A stretch of 64,000 nt of DNA from Promethearchaeia archaeon (GTDB taxonomy: Archaea > Asgardarchaeota > Lokiarchaeia > Sigyniarchaeales > SOKP01), in the NCBI GenBank assembly GCA_029856045.1, contig JAHQWG010000028.1:192001-256000 (forward strand), in the 5' to 3' direction. Positions 29,802 through 40,321 of the stretch are shown here, piece by piece. Positions within the stretch are counted from its first letter, which is position 1. Each line of letters begins with the position of its first letter. Below the pieces are notes generated by a model, which had not been told where the DNA came from, ran no database searches, and worked only from the letters and a program-made list of their open reading frames with translations. The translations under genes and the position numbers were made by a program.

Positions 29802-29830
29802 TTATTTATAAACATATTGATACTATTGTA

Positions 29831-29977
29831 CATGCATCAAAAAAGGATATTAGTTTAGTAATAGAAACAATTAATCCATATATTATAATTCCTGTCCATA
29901 TAGATAATCCTAGTTGATTTATTGACAATTTTGATAAAGTAGTTCCTGTAAAAGAAGGTTACACTTTTAAATTTTAA
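29831..29977 (+). pseudogene. Degenerate C-terminal fragment of an RNase J / beta-CASP-type metallo-beta-lactamase (copy 1)
   Basis: HASKKDISLVIETINPYIIIPVHIDNPS*FIDNFDKVVPVKEGYTFKF*; TGA at 29915 aligns with TGG in copy 2. Confidence 0.7.
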
Positions 29978-30267
29978 AATAAATGCTTGTTTACCATAAA
30001 AAAGCAATCTCTTGAAAAATAAAAGATAAACAGCTTTAATCCTACTTAAATTCGCTGATTAAAGTGTTTATTTTATCTTTTCCCTTAACCTATCCTAAAC
30101 TAAAATGAGGGGTATATCCTTTCTTAAATCGATTACTATCGTTTGGATTATATAAGTGACCATTTTTGGTTAAATTCAAAAATAAAGGAATCTACTAAGA
30201 ATTCAATAAAATAATATAACAAAATATTTATTTATATGATTCTATATAGTTTTTTAGTGAAGTAGAA

Positions 30268-30510
30268 ATGACGACAATTCCCGTGAAAAAAGAACTCTTA
30301 GAAGAACTCGTCGATTTAAAAATGAAATATTTACACGATGAGGTTGAGAAAATTTTGCAGAAATGGAATTATGATTTACCAACCAAATTTTTCAATCATG
30401 CGAAGGATGGTACTTTAGAGGAAGCAGAAGATGACGCAATAACTTTAAAACATTTGCTGGATCAAAGGGAAGAATTATTATTATTAAAAAAAAACTGGAA
30501 TACCAATTAA
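30268..30510 (+). CDS. Small acidic helical protein, probable antitoxin
   Basis: 80 aa, directly upstream of a DUF6516-like gene. Confidence 0.55.
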   Translation: MTTIPVKKELLEELVDLKMKYLHDEVEKILQKWNYDLPTKFFNHAKDGTLEEAEDDAITLKHLLDQREELLLLKKNWNTN

Positions 30511-30539
30511 TCCAATAAAACCACATCTCATTCTATTCT

Positions 30540-30923
30540 ATGTTAAGTATTGAAAAATTAATTAGATCTAGATTAATTTTAGAAGAAGAATTATCTATTT
30601 ATATAAAAATTTTGACTTTTGAACCTAAATTAGCGAGAATTCATGTAATTTTAAGAGATAAAGTTCAACTCTTTATAAGATATAATAATCATGATGAATA
30701 TAGTTATAGTATCATCTTTTCCCAAATGGAATTAGATCGATGCAGATTTGATAACTATGACGATAGATGGGATGTTTTAACAAGACCAAATCATTATCAT
30801 CCACGATATAATAAATTGGGTTTTGAAAGTCCTATGAATGGTAATCCAGATCATGATATTCCAAAATTATGTAAATTAATAAAATCAGGTAAAATACTTT
30901 TTAAAAATTTCAAGTTTATTTAA
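30540..30923 (+). CDS. DUF6516-like putative toxin
   Basis: YSYSII...RFDNYDDRWDVLTRPNHYHP resembles the RxDN...PxHxH signature of DUF6516. Confidence 0.6.
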   Translation: MLSIEKLIRSRLILEEELSIYIKILTFEPKLARIHVILRDKVQLFIRYNNHDEYSYSIIFSQMELDRCRFDNYDDRWDVLTRPNHYHPRYNKLGFESPMNGNPDHDIPKLCKLIKSGKILFKNFKFI

Positions 30924-30944
30924 TAAATAAATGGAATTCATTCT

Positions 30945-31150
30945 ATCGACATATTCTCCTACTAAGATCATTTTAGTAGAATAGTCAATATTGACAAGAG
31001 GTCGAATTCTTTTATGACCAAAGGAATGAACGTAACTAAAAAACTTTAGATATCGATCTTGTTTTCCCATCGAATAATAAAGCTCTTGAAGCATTATTTC
31101 GTCAGTCGGTTTCACGGGCTGGATTTTTATCGTTTTTCCATCTAATAATT
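30945..31150 (-). pseudogene. Truncated GNAT acetyltransferase fragment (Pat / acetyl-CoA hydrolase-GNAT type)
   Basis: LLDGKTIKIQPVKPTDEIMLQELYYSMGKQDRYLKFFS...LVNIDYSTKMILVGEY, then similarity is lost before the acetyl-CoA-binding motif A. Confidence 0.65.
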
Positions 31151-31152
31151 TT

Positions 31153-31323
31153 ATGAAAGAATATCATATATCGGGACATGCATCAAAAAAGAATATTAAA
31201 TGGGCAATAGAAACGATTAATCCCGATGTTATAATTCCAGTTCATACAGATAATCATTGCTGGTTTAATAACAATTTCGATAACGCAGTTCCTATAAAAG
31301 AAAGTTATACCTTAAAATTTTAA
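31153..31323 (+). pseudogene. C-terminal fragment of an RNase J / beta-CASP-type metallo-beta-lactamase (copy 2)
   Basis: MKEYHISGHASKKNIKWAIETINPDVIIPVHTDNHCWF...: HxSGHA and PVH motifs with no N-terminal MBL domain. Confidence 0.72.
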
Positions 31324-31494
31324 AATAATTGCTGATTCCCAAAAAATAAAATTTAATCTTGAATATTATTATTATAATCTTAAAAATGTTTCAAAATTGA
31401 AATCCAAAAAAAAATTATTTATTAAAAATAAAAGTTAAAAACTTAAATGAAAAGGATTTTATTATTATAAAGCGTTAAGGATTAAAAAGTTAAT

Positions 31495-33357
31495 ATGTCT
31501 CAATCTCAAAATATAGCAAGATTGGATTTTATAAATTTTCCTCAGAAAATTTTAATTCCTAATCAAGATTTTCAGTTGAATTTTCAAATTACAAATAATT
31601 CTGCAAATTCAGAACTTTATAAATTAATTATTAGTGGAGAGAATTTAGAAATTATACAGTCCGAAGAATTAATTAAAGGTATACAATTCAAAGAGAATGA
31701 AACTAAGCAGTTTAAAATAAATTTACGCCCTAAGATTGATGGACAAGGAAAAATTACTTTTAATATAACTCATGTGAAAACTGTTCAATACACAGTTAAA
31801 GTTAAAAAAATAAGAGAGATTGTGTCAATAAGTAAAATTAATGAGATTTTTGGTAAAGAATACATTACTTCATCAGACATGGAGGATCTTTTTTTTAAAG
31901 ATGAGTTCGTAGAAAATATGAGCAATTTTGAAATTCAAGAAGCTCTTAATAAATTGGATTTACCCGATGAAAACCCTGTTGCATCAGAATATGGTGAAGA
32001 ACGACAAACTCCATTTTGTCCTCCTGAACAAAAAAAAATCCTAATAAAAAAAATAGCAAAAGCCTACTTTACGAAAAAGGAACTTGTAAAATCATTTAAA
32101 ATAATTGAAAGATTATCAGATGTTAATGAGCGATGGGGATTATACTCTGATTTGGTTAGAGCATATGCATTTATTAATGTTAAAGAAGCCGTTGATTATG
32201 CTGGTGTGATTCCTGATAAGAAAAAAAAAGATAATTTGCTTAAAAATATTGCATTAGATATAATTTTAACTGATGCTGAACAAGCAAGTCAAATTGCATT
32301 ACTAATTGATGACTCTAAATTAAAAGAAACAGTCTTATCAGAAATATTATTCAAATGCGTAAAGGGAGAACCTTTATTAGCTATAAAAATATCAAATCTT
32401 ATTGAAGATTTAACTTTAAGGATATTAGTTTTATTTGAAATTTGTTCTTCATTATTGGCTCAAAATAACAAATTAAAAGTATTAGAACTTATACAAACCG
32501 TTTTAAAAATACTTCTTTCCGAAAAATCCGTTAATTTAGCAGAAAATAATTTTAATAATTTTAATTTTCATCTATTTATAAATTCTATTCATGCTCTTGC
32601 TGAATTGGATTCTCCAAAAGCTGCTGATGCTTACATAAAATCACTTAAAGAAAAAAAATTGAGAAAAAAAATCAAAGAGGACCTATTTGATATAATCTAT
32701 AAAATGGTTGATGAAACACGCACAAGAATTGATTCCTTCATTGTAATTAATCAATATTTCTTGATAAATACATATTTTTCAACTATTTTTGAAGAATTAT
32801 CAAATTTTGCAAATATGGATGGTAATATAAGTGAAAATATATTATCTAAAAATTTTAATTTTAAAATATTAGTATTTTGTCTATTTGGGTATTCATTTCA
32901 TACATTTCCCTTTTTTGATAGGATTTATAATGAATTAAAGAAAGAAAACAGTGATTCATTTGCATATTACACATTACCCGTAAAAGGAAAGCATAATGAA
33001 AGTGATTCTATCATAATAAAAAAAACAATTAAACATTTTTTCAAATCAAATTTTTCACAAATGAATAATGACATTTATGTTTTCAATTTGGATTTCATTC
33101 CGTATTTAAATGCACCTACAATTATTATGGAGTCTGATCCCGCTATAAATATTTCGATTCAATCAAAAATAATCAGTAAATTGGGAAATAAAATAAGTTT
33201 TATTCTCGATAATGGAGTTTTTAAAGGTGGGGATATCCCAGAAATTTTAAAATCCATATTTACTAACAGCAATTTTAAAATTATCAATTTAGTATTATCT
33301 TATGAAATATTAAACAATTATATTTTATTTAAGCACTTTCTTAAGGCATTGCTATAA
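31495..33357 (+). CDS. Hypothetical protein: Ig-like N-terminal domain, alpha-solenoid middle, alpha/beta C-terminus
   Basis: 620-aa ORF; beta-rich start (FQLNFQITNNS), helical repeats (AxxIAxxIxD..K..VL.EI). Confidence 0.6.
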   Translation: MSQSQNIARLDFINFPQKILIPNQDFQLNFQITNNSANSELYKLIISGENLEIIQSEELIKGIQFKENETKQFKINLRPKIDGQGKITFNITHVKTVQYTVKVKKIREIVSISKINEIFGKEYITSSDMEDLFFKDEFVENMSNFEIQEALNKLDLPDENPVASEYGEERQTPFCPPEQKKILIKKIAKAYFTKKELVKSFKIIERLSDVNERWGLYSDLVRAYAFINVKEAVDYAGVIPDKKKKDNLLKNIALDIILTDAEQASQIALLIDDSKLKETVLSEILFKCVKGEPLLAIKISNLIEDLTLRILVLFEICSSLLAQNNKLKVLELIQTVLKILLSEKSVNLAENNFNNFNFHLFINSIHALAELDSPKAADAYIKSLKEKKLRKKIKEDLFDIIYKMVDETRTRIDSFIVINQYFLINTYFSTIFEELSNFANMDGNISENILSKNFNFKILVFCLFGYSFHTFPFFDRIYNELKKENSDSFAYYTLPVKGKHNESDSIIIKKTIKHFFKSNFSQMNNDIYVFNLDFIPYLNAPTIIMESDPAINISIQSKIISKLGNKISFILDNGVFKGGDIPEILKSIFTNSNFKIINLVLSYEILNNYILFKHFLKALL

Positions 33358-33372
33358 AAGTGTAATAAAAAA

Positions 33373-35121
33373 ATGACAAAAGGGAAAAAAGAGAAAAAGA
33401 AAAAGAAAGAAGATGAAGAACCCTCAAGTGCTGGATTATTTTCAGCTCTTAGTGGAGGGGCAGAAAAAAGAGATGTTTCTGACTTAAATCCGCTATTTCA
33501 AGCCAATGTGGCATCTTTCTCAGATTTTAAAAAAGGAAAAAAGTCTGTTGAACCCAGAACTATTTCTGAAGTTAGACACGCAACATTGGGCTCTAAAGTT
33601 GAAAAAAAAGATAAATTATCTGTTGGAACGGATTATCAAGAAATTATTCTTCCAGAGATCTCATGGGGTGAAATGCTTGCAGATATAACTAATTGGACGC
33701 CACTCCCTTTTACGCATGGAATAGAGATGGAGCTTATAATCTGTGATGATGATGGGAATTATCCTCCTGGTGATGAAATGGTTTTTAGAATGAAAGAAAT
33801 TGTTAAAGAATCTATAAAAATAATAAATGAGATTATCTATGAGGGGCGAGAGGATTTTTTACCAATGCCTGATTATATTCGAGGGAAAATCATGCAAGCT
33901 CCCTTTGGAAAGGAGGATATCGAAAAAGGGTATGTAATGAATATTTCATATAATCTTCAAGGAACCGAATTAAATATTGATAGTTTTGGAAGAGATGGAA
34001 ATGTCACTGCCATTACTTATATTTTAGAATTAGTCACTCCCCCCTGTGAATACGTCGAAGAATTAGCTTACTGGTCCTCAACATTATTTTTATTAGCAAA
34101 AAAAACACTTCCTAGAGATTTGCATATAGTAGCTTCTGCTATAAATCCTACATCAAAAGAGTATCAAAGAGGTTTATCGCAAGCAGATCATCATCATTTA
34201 GGTGATTTTAATTCCGAATTAGAAAAAATGCAAGCTTATTGTATGATAAGAAATTTCATACCTCATATTATTGCATTATCAACTAATTCCCCTATTATTA
34301 ATAATAGGCCTACAGATGTTATCAAAATAATCAATAATAGAATAACTGCTCCTAACTGTGTTCGTTCTTTAAGATTAAAATATAATTTAACTATGTTGTC
34401 CAATAACGATCCCAAATTTTTTATGCCTTATCTTAGTGAAGGTGGTGAAAATGGGCTTAATTATTTTTTGCAAGTAGTTAATAAAGCCAGTAGAGAAGAT
34501 GGACGATTTCAAGATATTTTTCCATTTACAGATTGGGGAACTATTGAAATAAGAGCAATGGATGCACAAATTTCAATTTGTCGAAGAATTGGATTAGGAT
34601 TACTTGTTCAAACACTATGCTATAAAGCTAGAAAATTGTATCAAAACAAACAATGGGTTCCAGATGCAGGTTCTGAAACAATTGCCTTTAATCGTGCGAG
34701 CGTAATTAACAGAGGGTTAATTGCCCTATTTAAACCAATAAATCTAACAAAAGAAACACTAGTAGAATATGACCCTGAATTTGCTGAAGCATATCTTGGA
34801 CCTGATAATAATCCTAATCGCTATATGTTTCAAGCAGTTCAAAGGATGTTCATATATCTTAAACCGGAATTGGAAGAATTGGGTTTTTTATATTCTCCTT
34901 TTTTAAAGCCACTTTTACAATCAGTTTTTGGAAATGTTTCATATGCTGAACCCCCAATAACCGAAGCAGAATATCAATTAAGTCTTTTTCAGTATAAAAT
35001 AGATAATGATCAATTTCCAGATGTTCTTGAAGATTTAATTTATTTTACAATTGAATATTGTCAAGACCCACTAAATCAACCTCTAACTGGTACTTTACTT
35101 CTTCCGAAAGAAATGAGATGA
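33373..35121 (+). CDS. Glutamate-cysteine ligase (GCS2/YbdK)-like carboxylate-amine ligase
   Basis: THGIEMEL (ExE), ILELVTPPC, HHHLG, ALSTNSP, WGTIEIRAMD. Confidence 0.8.
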   Translation: MTKGKKEKKKKKEDEEPSSAGLFSALSGGAEKRDVSDLNPLFQANVASFSDFKKGKKSVEPRTISEVRHATLGSKVEKKDKLSVGTDYQEIILPEISWGEMLADITNWTPLPFTHGIEMELIICDDDGNYPPGDEMVFRMKEIVKESIKIINEIIYEGREDFLPMPDYIRGKIMQAPFGKEDIEKGYVMNISYNLQGTELNIDSFGRDGNVTAITYILELVTPPCEYVEELAYWSSTLFLLAKKTLPRDLHIVASAINPTSKEYQRGLSQADHHHLGDFNSELEKMQAYCMIRNFIPHIIALSTNSPIINNRPTDVIKIINNRITAPNCVRSLRLKYNLTMLSNNDPKFFMPYLSEGGENGLNYFLQVVNKASREDGRFQDIFPFTDWGTIEIRAMDAQISICRRIGLGLLVQTLCYKARKLYQNKQWVPDAGSETIAFNRASVINRGLIALFKPINLTKETLVEYDPEFAEAYLGPDNNPNRYMFQAVQRMFIYLKPELEELGFLYSPFLKPLLQSVFGNVSYAEPPITEAEYQLSLFQYKIDNDQFPDVLEDLIYFTIEYCQDPLNQPLTGTLLLPKEMR

Positions 35122-35143
35122 AAATTAATAGGTATCTTTAAAA

Positions 35144-36703
35144 ATGTTAACTGTTAAAATTGAAAGCACAAAAAGAACATACATAAAAAATTTATTTGTT
35201 ATAGATGCACATTCCCATCTTGGCGAAGATGTAGATGGAGCTACAATGATGAATCCTCTTGCTCCTGGTTCCGGAACTTTTGATTTCTGGACAAAAGTAC
35301 AAGCCAAATTAATTGAAGAATGGAATAAAACAGGAGAAAAATCTTTCCAAACTACAATGGACGGTGAATTAATAAAATTAACTTTTGATTTTACACCTAT
35401 ACCTTTTATTAAAAAGATTTTTGAAAATTTGCAAACATTAAATGGAAATTTTTCAGATGTAAATGAAAAAACAAGCCATACTTCATTTATTGACCAAGCT
35501 GTGGTTTTTCCCTTTCAAGATACTTTTAGAAATAAACGACCAGAAGCCTTGTATCGTGCAAGTAATATTAATATATCAAGATTCACAACGCGCTTTCCAT
35601 TTTCATTTAAATTGATTGGATATTGTCGCGTTGATCCTATGGAAGGAGAAAAAGCAGTAAATGAAGTTAAATATGGTAATGAAGTTTTAGGTCTTAGAGG
35701 TTTAAAATTGCATCCTCGTTCTGAAGGCTGGATTGATCATGTAAATACACAAAAACCGATTAATGTTTTAATCGAAGCTGCAAAGCATTCAATGCCTACT
35801 CTTTTTGATACTAGAGGAAGGCAGACAATCCTAGATATTCGAGATCTTATTACTAACACACGAAATTTAATTCAAAAATCATATCCGGAATTATTGCCCC
35901 ATTTTAAAGTCATTATTGGTCATTGTGCGCAAGGAAATGTTGAAGATTATGAAGTTTATGAGGCAATAATACAACCAAATACAATTGGAGAATTATCAAT
36001 GCTTCATGGTTCAGGAGCGGGAAATTTCTTTGCAAGTTTTAGAAATTGGTATATTAAAAACAATAAAGAAAAAAGCACAGGAAAAAAATGGTCTGAATTT
36101 TTACTTTATGGCTCTGATTATCCATATTTCGGTGATGTTCACGCTGAAAAATTAATAATTTATATTATTAATAAACAATTTTTTGATTCTGGTGGAACCT
36201 TAAATGATGCTGAAAATATTCTGGGATTAAACCTTATTAAACTTCTACCAGAATATAATTTACCTCAAATAGAGAAAAATAATGTAATGGTTAGATCTAC
36301 TCTTATACCAAATATCCAATTAGGTCAAGGTCCCCCTCAAGATAACATACCATTAAACATTGGCACAAAAATAATCGCCAAACTATTATCTGATAACACA
36401 ATTGACATCTCTAAGCTATGTTTCCAATTTAAAGAATCTTTTGAAAATTATAATAATGAAGCACTGTTGAAAACGGTATCTAAAACATCACCAAATAAAA
36501 TTGCAAATTTATTGTTCATGAATTTACTTCAAAATCAACTTGCAATCATCACTCCTCTTAAAAATGATGCAATATGGAATAAATTTGGATATAAATATTT
36601 CAGTATTGAAGATCATGAGCTTTTTAATTCAGTCCTTAGCAATAGCTATCCCACTAACAACATTAATCAAGCAACACAAATAATTTCTCAAATATTTCAA
36701 TAA
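35144..36703 (+). CDS. Metal-dependent amidohydrolase (amidohydro_2-like) with C-terminal extension
   Basis: IDAHSHLG, GLKLHP, IIGH, YGSDYP. Confidence 0.85.
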   Translation: MLTVKIESTKRTYIKNLFVIDAHSHLGEDVDGATMMNPLAPGSGTFDFWTKVQAKLIEEWNKTGEKSFQTTMDGELIKLTFDFTPIPFIKKIFENLQTLNGNFSDVNEKTSHTSFIDQAVVFPFQDTFRNKRPEALYRASNINISRFTTRFPFSFKLIGYCRVDPMEGEKAVNEVKYGNEVLGLRGLKLHPRSEGWIDHVNTQKPINVLIEAAKHSMPTLFDTRGRQTILDIRDLITNTRNLIQKSYPELLPHFKVIIGHCAQGNVEDYEVYEAIIQPNTIGELSMLHGSGAGNFFASFRNWYIKNNKEKSTGKKWSEFLLYGSDYPYFGDVHAEKLIIYIINKQFFDSGGTLNDAENILGLNLIKLLPEYNLPQIEKNNVMVRSTLIPNIQLGQGPPQDNIPLNIGTKIIAKLLSDNTIDISKLCFQFKESFENYNNEALLKTVSKTSPNKIANLLFMNLLQNQLAIITPLKNDAIWNKFGYKYFSIEDHELFNSVLSNSYPTNNINQATQIISQIFQ

Positions 36704-36856
36704 TGCATTTAGAATCCATAAACAGTTAAAGATTTTTAATTTATGAATTGGCAAATTTAAAATTAATGTATGTTTTTAAAAAACTCATTTTGTTATAGAT
36801 TATTCAAAAAAAAAAGAAATTTAATATTAACGCTTTAAACAGTTCTAGTAGATGCT

Positions 36857-37246
36857 TTATCCTAAAAGTTCAAAAACTTTTCCCAATGCCATCATTTTTC
36901 CTAATCCACGTAATTTTATTTTCCGAGTAATCCAATTTTTCATCAATGTTCCTGTAGATAACCCTTCACCAAAAACACCTAGAAAAATTTCCATAGGTGC
37001 TTCAAATATACCATCTGGTTTCAAACTTTTCAATGTTTCCTTGTCATTTTTAACGGCTTCTGCATCTATTTTACCCTTATCTATCTTTAATAAAGCGGCA
37101 TACCTTTGATCTTTAGGATTAAGCAAAATATTTACAGTTGTATCACTAAACTCTTTTTTAAACTCGTCTATATAATTTAACGCTTCAATTTGCATCCACA
37201 ATAATCCTGCAAGCCCTCTTCTTACTTTTTTTTTTGGAAACGACAT
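36857..37246 (-). CDS. SCP2 sterol/lipid-carrier-like protein (copy 1)
   Basis: LKIDKGKIDAE...PDGIFEAP...WITRKIKLRG resembles the SCP2 C-terminal 'xxxGKLKIxG' motif. Confidence 0.6.
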   Translation of the reverse strand: MSFPKKKVRRGLAGLLWMQIEALNYIDEFKKEFSDTTVNILLNPKDQRYAALLKIDKGKIDAEAVKNDKETLKSLKPDGIFEAPMEIFLGVFGEGLSTGTLMKNWITRKIKLRGLGKMMALGKVFELLG

Positions 37247-37301
37247 TTTAAATCACATTTAATATAAATTTAATTAGTTTTTTTCAATTTTATTTGATTT
37301 T

Positions 37302-38510
37302 TCATTGATTTTTAGATATTTTTTGCTTCCACTCTTTGAATGATTCCCGTTTTGGTATCTTCAATTCAATATCATCAAGATTATCAGCTATGGGATACCG
37401 ACCATATGTATGTACGGCTGCAATGCCAGCATGAATATGATCAGAAGGAGCATCAGCTGGGAGATTACCAAAGAGAAATTGTACACTATGTTCTCGGGCA
37501 AAAGCATCGATGATACGTTTAACCGCACTGATGATTTTCTCCACTGGACCATCTCGGATCAACCGAGCATTTAACGTTGCAATAATAGACGCATTTATGC
37601 CTTGTTCCCGATATTTAGCTAAATAATCTAGGACCGGTTCCAAAGGATAATCTTGCCAGCGTCCCATGCCCAGAAATAGAGAGGGAGCACCTTGACTTGC
37701 TATTTCAACATCAAAACAGCCATGAAGCACGTTAGCATCAAATTTTTCTAGGCGTTCCTCGCAATAATCACCACTTACGTTCATAGCCATCACACCAATT
37801 TTCTTGGCCTTTTCCAATAATCTTTCGTTGTAAGGTACAACCCACTCCTTCATGTCCTTAACCGAGAGATTTGGAACACATGCCCATGCATCAGCACCAA
37901 CAGCTATGAGTATATCACAAACCTCATTTTGCACCTTAAGATAGGGTAGCAACACATCATCTGTGATAAAAGTAAATAATTCATGAGCAAATTGCGGTCG
38001 TTTCCTCATGTCTTTAATCAATGCAGGGAAACTACGCATTCCCACTGCCATGCTGAAAGGACTGCAAAACATCCCCAAATTTGACCCATACTCTAGGCTT
38101 AGTTCGATACATCCCAATACATAGGGTAACCGTCCATCATTACGCCAATCCACCTCTTTAGCTTTAAGTTTAGTTAAATCCTCAGGATTCTTGATAAGAG
38201 GCTCACGAAAATCAATTGTGGGCATTGAATTCTCACCATAAATCATTTTCGCCCCCATTGCCTCTATCTCATAGTTATAAAGATCGGCAAAAGGATTAAA
38301 CATATCGAAATCGTAATAACCAGTAACATCAGCCATAGCATCAACAATCGCATTGGCATCATAATAGAATTTCTTGGCTGGTACTTCAGCTAATATCATT
38401 GTATGGTCATGCATTTGAGCCAAAACTTGAATCCAAGGTCTTTCACCCCCAGATATGGCACCCGCTAATCCCTTACTTCCTGAACCCTTTTTGGTTTTTT
38501 CTTTCCCCAT
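37302..38510 (-). CDS. Uroporphyrinogen decarboxylase-fold methyltransferase (MtaA/CmuA/MtsA family), copy 1
   Basis: YNYEIEAMGAK, DGRLPYV, CSPFSMAVGMR, DGPVEKI, PADAPSDHIHA; follows a corrinoid protein gene. Confidence 0.85.
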   Translation of the reverse strand: MGKEKTKKGSGSKGLAGAISGGERPWIQVLAQMHDHTMILAEVPAKKFYYDANAIVDAMADVTGYYDFDMFNPFADLYNYEIEAMGAKMIYGENSMPTIDFREPLIKNPEDLTKLKAKEVDWRNDGRLPYVLGCIELSLEYGSNLGMFCSPFSMAVGMRSFPALIKDMRKRPQFAHELFTFITDDVLLPYLKVQNEVCDILIAVGADAWACVPNLSVKDMKEWVVPYNERLLEKAKKIGVMAMNVSGDYCEERLEKFDANVLHGCFDVEIASQGAPSLFLGMGRWQDYPLEPVLDYLAKYREQGINASIIATLNARLIRDGPVEKIISAVKRIIDAFAREHSVQFLFGNLPADAPSDHIHAGIAAVHTYGRYPIADNLDDIELKIPKRESFKEWKQKISKNQ

Positions 38511-38511
38511 T

Positions 38512-39159
38512 TTAACTAACCTCCATCAATTTCTTAGCCTTTTCTGCAGCGTCAACTGCATCCTTGCCCCAAGCATCAGCTCCAATCTCATCTGAAAATT
38601 CCTGGGATGTAGGAACTCCACCAACCATCACCTTAACGCTGTTGCGCAGACCATTTTCTTGAAGTTTTTTGATAATATCCTTCATATCCAACATCGTGGT
38701 TGTCATATAACAACCTAACCCTAAAATGTTAGGTTTGAGCTCCTTAACTTTTTCTATGAAGGTTGCGATTGATACGTCCTCTCCCACGTCGATAACCTCA
38801 AATCCAGCACTTCGTAACATAACTATCACTATTATTTTGCCCAGGGTGTGCATATCACCAGCCACTGTTCCAATTACTACTTTCCCCGTTGCTCCGAATT
38901 CTCCAGCAGTTAAATGAGGTTCAATGATTTCCATTGCCATCTTGAAAGCTTCGGCACTCATCACAACATCTGGCAGAAAATATTCGTTTTTCTTCCATAA
39001 TTCTCCTGCCTCTTCAATTCCCGGTATAATACCTTCATTCACTATGTTCAAGGGTTGAATATTCTCTTCGAGAGCCTTTTGAGCCAAGCTTTGGGCTAAA
39101 TCATCCTCACCTTCAAGAATTGCATTTTCTAATTCTTTTAAAGTATTTGTAACAGCCAT
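38512..39159 (-). CDS. Corrinoid (B12-binding) methyl-acceptor protein, MtaC/MtbC family, copy 1
   Basis: EYFLPDVVMSA, GTVAGDMHTLGK (DxHxxG), VMVGG, IGADAW. Confidence 0.93.
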   Translation of the reverse strand: MAVTNTLKELENAILEGEDDLAQSLAQKALEENIQPLNIVNEGIIPGIEEAGELWKKNEYFLPDVVMSAEAFKMAMEIIEPHLTAGEFGATGKVVIGTVAGDMHTLGKIIVIVMLRSAGFEVIDVGEDVSIATFIEKVKELKPNILGLGCYMTTTMLDMKDIIKKLQENGLRNSVKVMVGGVPTSQEFSDEIGADAWGKDAVDAAEKAKKLMEVS

Positions 39160-39403
39160 ATTAATTTTATCTCTTTTTTTAATTTATATATTAATTTTAT
39201 TTTTGCTTTTGATTAAACTAATAGTATTTATAATATTATACGATCAAAAAAACTTTATTTGAGTTGAAAAATGAAATATATAAAAATTAAAGATTTTGAA
39301 TGATTATTTATTATATTTGAAATAAAAAAAGATATATTAAAGTTGGAAAACAATTATTTGATTAAACAACTTTTTAAAAGTTAAATATATTAGACCGTTT
39401 TAA

Positions 39404-40288
39404 ATGTCTCAACTTATTATTGACGAACTAAAAGTGTTCTTAAAAAGTGCAAATCTTTCTAATTATGAGATAAATGCATATATAACATTATCAATATCGA
39501 ATCCTTTAAAAGCACGAGAAATAAGTGAAAGATCAGATATACCTATTGGAAGAATTTATGATATATTAGAAAAATTAAAAGAAAAAGGATTAATAGAAAA
39601 TCAAGAAGTACGACCAAAAATGTATAAATCTTTGCCTTTTAGTTTTGCCTTTCAAACTCTAATTGACCAAGTAAGTAATGAAAATCAACAAAAAATATCC
39701 GTATTATATGAAAAGGCAAGAAAAATTGAATCAAAAATTTTTAATTCAAATTTATCAATGAATAAACAAATATCAAAGACATTTTGTTCAATAGAATATG
39801 ATAGAAATTCGATTTTATCATTATATATTAGCAATGTGAAAGAATTAAAAGAAGAGTTGCTTACAATGAGTTTTTTAAATGAAGAAATTCTGAATTTTAT
39901 TTCTATTGGAGAAAATTATTTCTTAGAAATCCTCGAAGCTATGAATCGAGGTGTCCAAGTGAAATATCTTTGGACCCTTAAACCTGGTATAAACCCTTTT
40001 ACGAGTAATCTAACTAATAAAAATCAAAAAATTTATCATAAAATAGAAAAAATAATTAATGATAAATATAATCTTTCCATTGATATTAAAGGATTTGATA
40101 TGAAATATGTCCCCAAAATAATTCCAACTCAATTTAGTATTTTTGATAAAAAAAGAGTTATATTTAAAATACATAATCCTTTTAGAACATCAGAAATTTT
40201 ATTTGCTTTGAATTTATTAGATCCAAACTTAGCGATGAAATTGAGAGAAATATATCTCAATATTTGGTTTTTTGATGTAACTGACTAA
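39404..40288 (+). CDS. TrmB-family transcriptional regulator
   Basis: LSNYEINAYITL..AREISERSDIPIGRIYDILEKLKEKGLI..RPKMY; C-terminal FSIFDKKRV. Confidence 0.88.
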   Translation: MSQLIIDELKVFLKSANLSNYEINAYITLSISNPLKAREISERSDIPIGRIYDILEKLKEKGLIENQEVRPKMYKSLPFSFAFQTLIDQVSNENQQKISVLYEKARKIESKIFNSNLSMNKQISKTFCSIEYDRNSILSLYISNVKELKEELLTMSFLNEEILNFISIGENYFLEILEAMNRGVQVKYLWTLKPGINPFTSNLTNKNQKIYHKIEKIINDKYNLSIDIKGFDMKYVPKIIPTQFSIFDKKRVIFKIHNPFRTSEILFALNLLDPNLAMKLREIYLNIWFFDVTD

Positions 40289-40321
40289 AAAAAATAAATA
40301 AAATTCGAATATTGTTGCAAC

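Larger units (their letters stand above)
36761..39161. repeat. Tandem duplication copy 1 (SCP2 - methyltransferase - corrinoid protein)
   Basis: Collinear with 40434-42896, including the non-coding flank AATTAATGTAT..AAAAAACTCATTTTG.TATAGATT. Confidence 0.9.

Noticed and set aside
29915-29917. In-frame TGA in the RNase J-like fragment as a second Sec codon
   Set aside because: It aligns with TGG (Trp) in the second copy, has no Cys context, and no SECIS-like hairpin follows; it is a nonsense mutation in a remnant
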